From a bacterium (GTDB taxonomy: Bacteria > Bacteroidota > Ignavibacteria > UBA10030), in assembly GCA_043803945.1 (NCBI GenBank), contig JAZDJN010000110.1, forward strand, positions 1-27,891: a stretch of 27,891 nt of DNA. Direction: 5' to 3'. The translations under genes and the position numbers were made by a program. Position 1 is the stretch's first letter; each line of letters starts with the position of its first letter. Below the pieces are notes generated by a model. The model ran no database searches. It had not been told where the DNA came from and saw only the letters and a list, made by a program, of their open reading frames with translations. Below are positions 26,265 to 27,891 of the stretch, piece by piece.

Positions 26265-27404
26265 CTATTCGTTCGTAAAAAGATCCAGGTATTTTTTGAA
26301 CTGGAAGAGTCTATTTCTACGCCTGCCCGTCGCTTCATGCACGATGCCAAGTTCAATGAAACCCTGCAGCAGGAGATTCGCCGTCTTCGGTGTCACCTTT
26401 AACTCATTCTGAACATCAGCAGCAGATACCGTGGGAATCCGGTAGAGCATACCCATTAACGCGTAACCCCGTGAGACCTTCTTCCCCAATTTCGGTAAGC
26501 GCACTTGTTCGATATCTTCTTTCAATTTCAGGATTTTCTGGAAGGTTGTGATCCCCTTTTTCGAAGTCTCCGCTACACCCACCAAAAAGAATTTTATCCA
26601 CTGGAGTAAATGGTTTGAATCATGGACCGCCGTCAGATGATCATAGTACAGGTTTCTATGCTTCTCAAAATATTCCGAGAGGTAGAGCGTTGGTCTCGAT
26701 AAAATACCTCTGCTGACCAGATAGAGGGTAATCAGTAATCTTCCAAGGCGGCCATTCCCATCGAGAAATGGATGGATCGTCTCGAACTGGTAATGCGCAA
26801 TTGCGACTTTGATTAAATCCGGCACATCAATCATGTTATTGTGCAGGAACTTTTCAACATCCCCCATTAAATCAGAGATTTCCGAATTATGAGGAGGGAC
26901 GAACAGGGCATCCTTCAACGTCGCACCCCCGATCCAATTCTGACTTGTGCGATACTCCCCCGGAAGTTTTGTTTTTCCCCGTACGCCGGACATTAAAACC
27001 TTATGCGTCTCTTGCAGGAGCCGTGTCGACAGAGGCAATGCGTTGAGGCGTTTCATCGCATAGTTCATTGCCTTGATATAGTTTTGGACCTCCTGCCAGT
27101 CGTCGTGATACTCAGGATTGATATCTCGTTTTTGCATGAGCGCATCTTCAATCCCTGTACGAGTGCCCTCTATTCTGCTGGAGGTTGTTGCTTCCTTGAC
27201 GATATGCATTTGTATAAAGATCTCAACATCAGGAATATGAAGCGAGAAAGCATTCAATTCACCCAGCTTGATATTTGCCTCAGCCAGAAGCGTGTTCAGC
27301 TTTTGATCTGTCCATGTCCAATTCTTATTGATCGGATTCGGTGTAAAGCTCTTATAGTGATACCGTTGATGATACGTTCCCGCTATGAACTTGGCGATAT
27401 CCAT
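26265..27404 (-). CDS. Fic family protein (class II-type, C-terminal HTH)
   Basis: HPFLDGNGRLGR, inhibitory motif SSRIEG, PGEYRTSQNWIG and C-terminal TGRRRNRLF. Confidence 0.93.
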   Translation of the reverse strand: MDIAKFIAGTYHQRYHYKSFTPNPINKNWTWTDQKLNTLLAEANIKLGELNAFSLHIPDVEIFIQMHIVKEATTSSRIEGTRTGIEDALMQKRDINPEYHDDWQEVQNYIKAMNYAMKRLNALPLSTRLLQETHKVLMSGVRGKTKLPGEYRTSQNWIGGATLKDALFVPPHNSEISDLMGDVEKFLHNNMIDVPDLIKVAIAHYQFETIHPFLDGNGRLGRLLITLYLVSRGILSRPTLYLSEYFEKHRNLYYDHLTAVHDSNHLLQWIKFFLVGVAETSKKGITTFQKILKLKEDIEQVRLPKLGKKVSRGYALMGMLYRIPTVSAADVQNELKVTPKTANLLLQGFIELGIVHEATGRRRNRLFQFKKYLDLFTNE

Positions 27405-27426
27405 CGCTACTCCCGGGATATTATCC

Positions 27427-27498
27427 CAAAGTAAAATACAAATATTTATATTATACCTTACTGGCTCAAAGTAAAATAAGAAATTATCTTGTTTTACT
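27427..27498. promoter_or_regulatory. AT-rich direct/inverted repeats upstream of fic (possible operator)
   Basis: caaagtaaaata at 27427 and 27467. agtaaaataag (27470-80) / cttgttttact (27488-98) is an inverted repeat matching 10/11. Confidence 0.45.
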
Positions 27499-27610
27499 CA
27501 AGCAGTTAGAAGAGTTTAAGGGTAAGAATATTCCAATGGTTTCTATCCACCAATTAACGATCTGCCAAAATCACCTCACCGTTTTATTCCTATTTTCTCC
27601 AAGGAGATCT

Positions 27611-27703
27611 ATGACAAACCCGATACAGGCTCAGCCAACCTGTGGCAATTCCGACTTCCCCATTATTATCGCATTAATCAATAATTTGCATTGGCGATAC
27701 TAA
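27611..27703 (+). CDS. Possible 30-aa small ORF
   Basis: AAGGAG lies 4 nt before the ATG of MTNPIQAQPTCGNSDFPIIIALINNLHWRY*. No recognisable family. Confidence 0.2.
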   Translation: MTNPIQAQPTCGNSDFPIIIALINNLHWRY

Positions 27704-27891
27704 CAATTTTGTTAACAATTGAACGACAATTTCCGAAAACATTCCGTTTAGCTAGCCCAAGTTCGACAGTTGTGAAGAAAAAACGATGATTCTGAGCTAT
27801 AAGAGGCAAAAGGTGTCAAAAGTTTACACTACAATTTGAGTTTCATTTCAAGCCTGGAAGGGGGTTTGAGATTTAGTTTGTGCAATAGAAT

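Noticed and set aside
91-27434. Numerous short + strand ORFs in the track (e.g. 91-516, 7728-8255, 25882-26412, 27003-27434)
   Set aside because: They are antisense shadows of well-supported minus-strand genes, with no motifs of their own.
25730-27867. 11-bp inverted match aaacccccttc / gaagggggttt around the cREC-fic pair
   Set aside because: It is short and low-complexity, with no transposase or target duplication.

Overview
This is a mostly minus-strand bacterial defence island. From right to left it holds a Fic gene, a cyclic-phosphate-receiver-type gene and a TPR/HEXXH gene split by an (AGCA)6 microsatellite. Next comes a decayed block: a Fic C-terminal remnant, a hairpin array, a frameshifted and truncated hsdM, and a truncated PIN gene. 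An XRE-ImmA/IrrE regulator with a divergent 57-aa gene follows. Then comes a complete type 1 BREX locus (brxA-brxB-brxC-[Fic]-pglX-[DUF1016]-pglZ-brxL), sbcD-sbcC, and a DUF2779-like gene cut by what looks like an IS21-type terminus at the left edge. The most unusual feature lies inside pglX. An intact four-helix-bundle (23S-IVP/Avd-like) gene with its own RBS is nested in a shifted frame on the same strand and bracketed by inverted 7-nt repeat arms, while the PglX frame stays open across all 148 inserted codons. The broken hsdM appears to keep the 5' end of a similar insert and has the same Fic + hairpin array + methyltransferase layout. A duplicated promoter-plus-leader cassette, 4600 bp apart, precedes both the BREX operon and the TPR gene. 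All family assignments come from motif recognition, not database searches.
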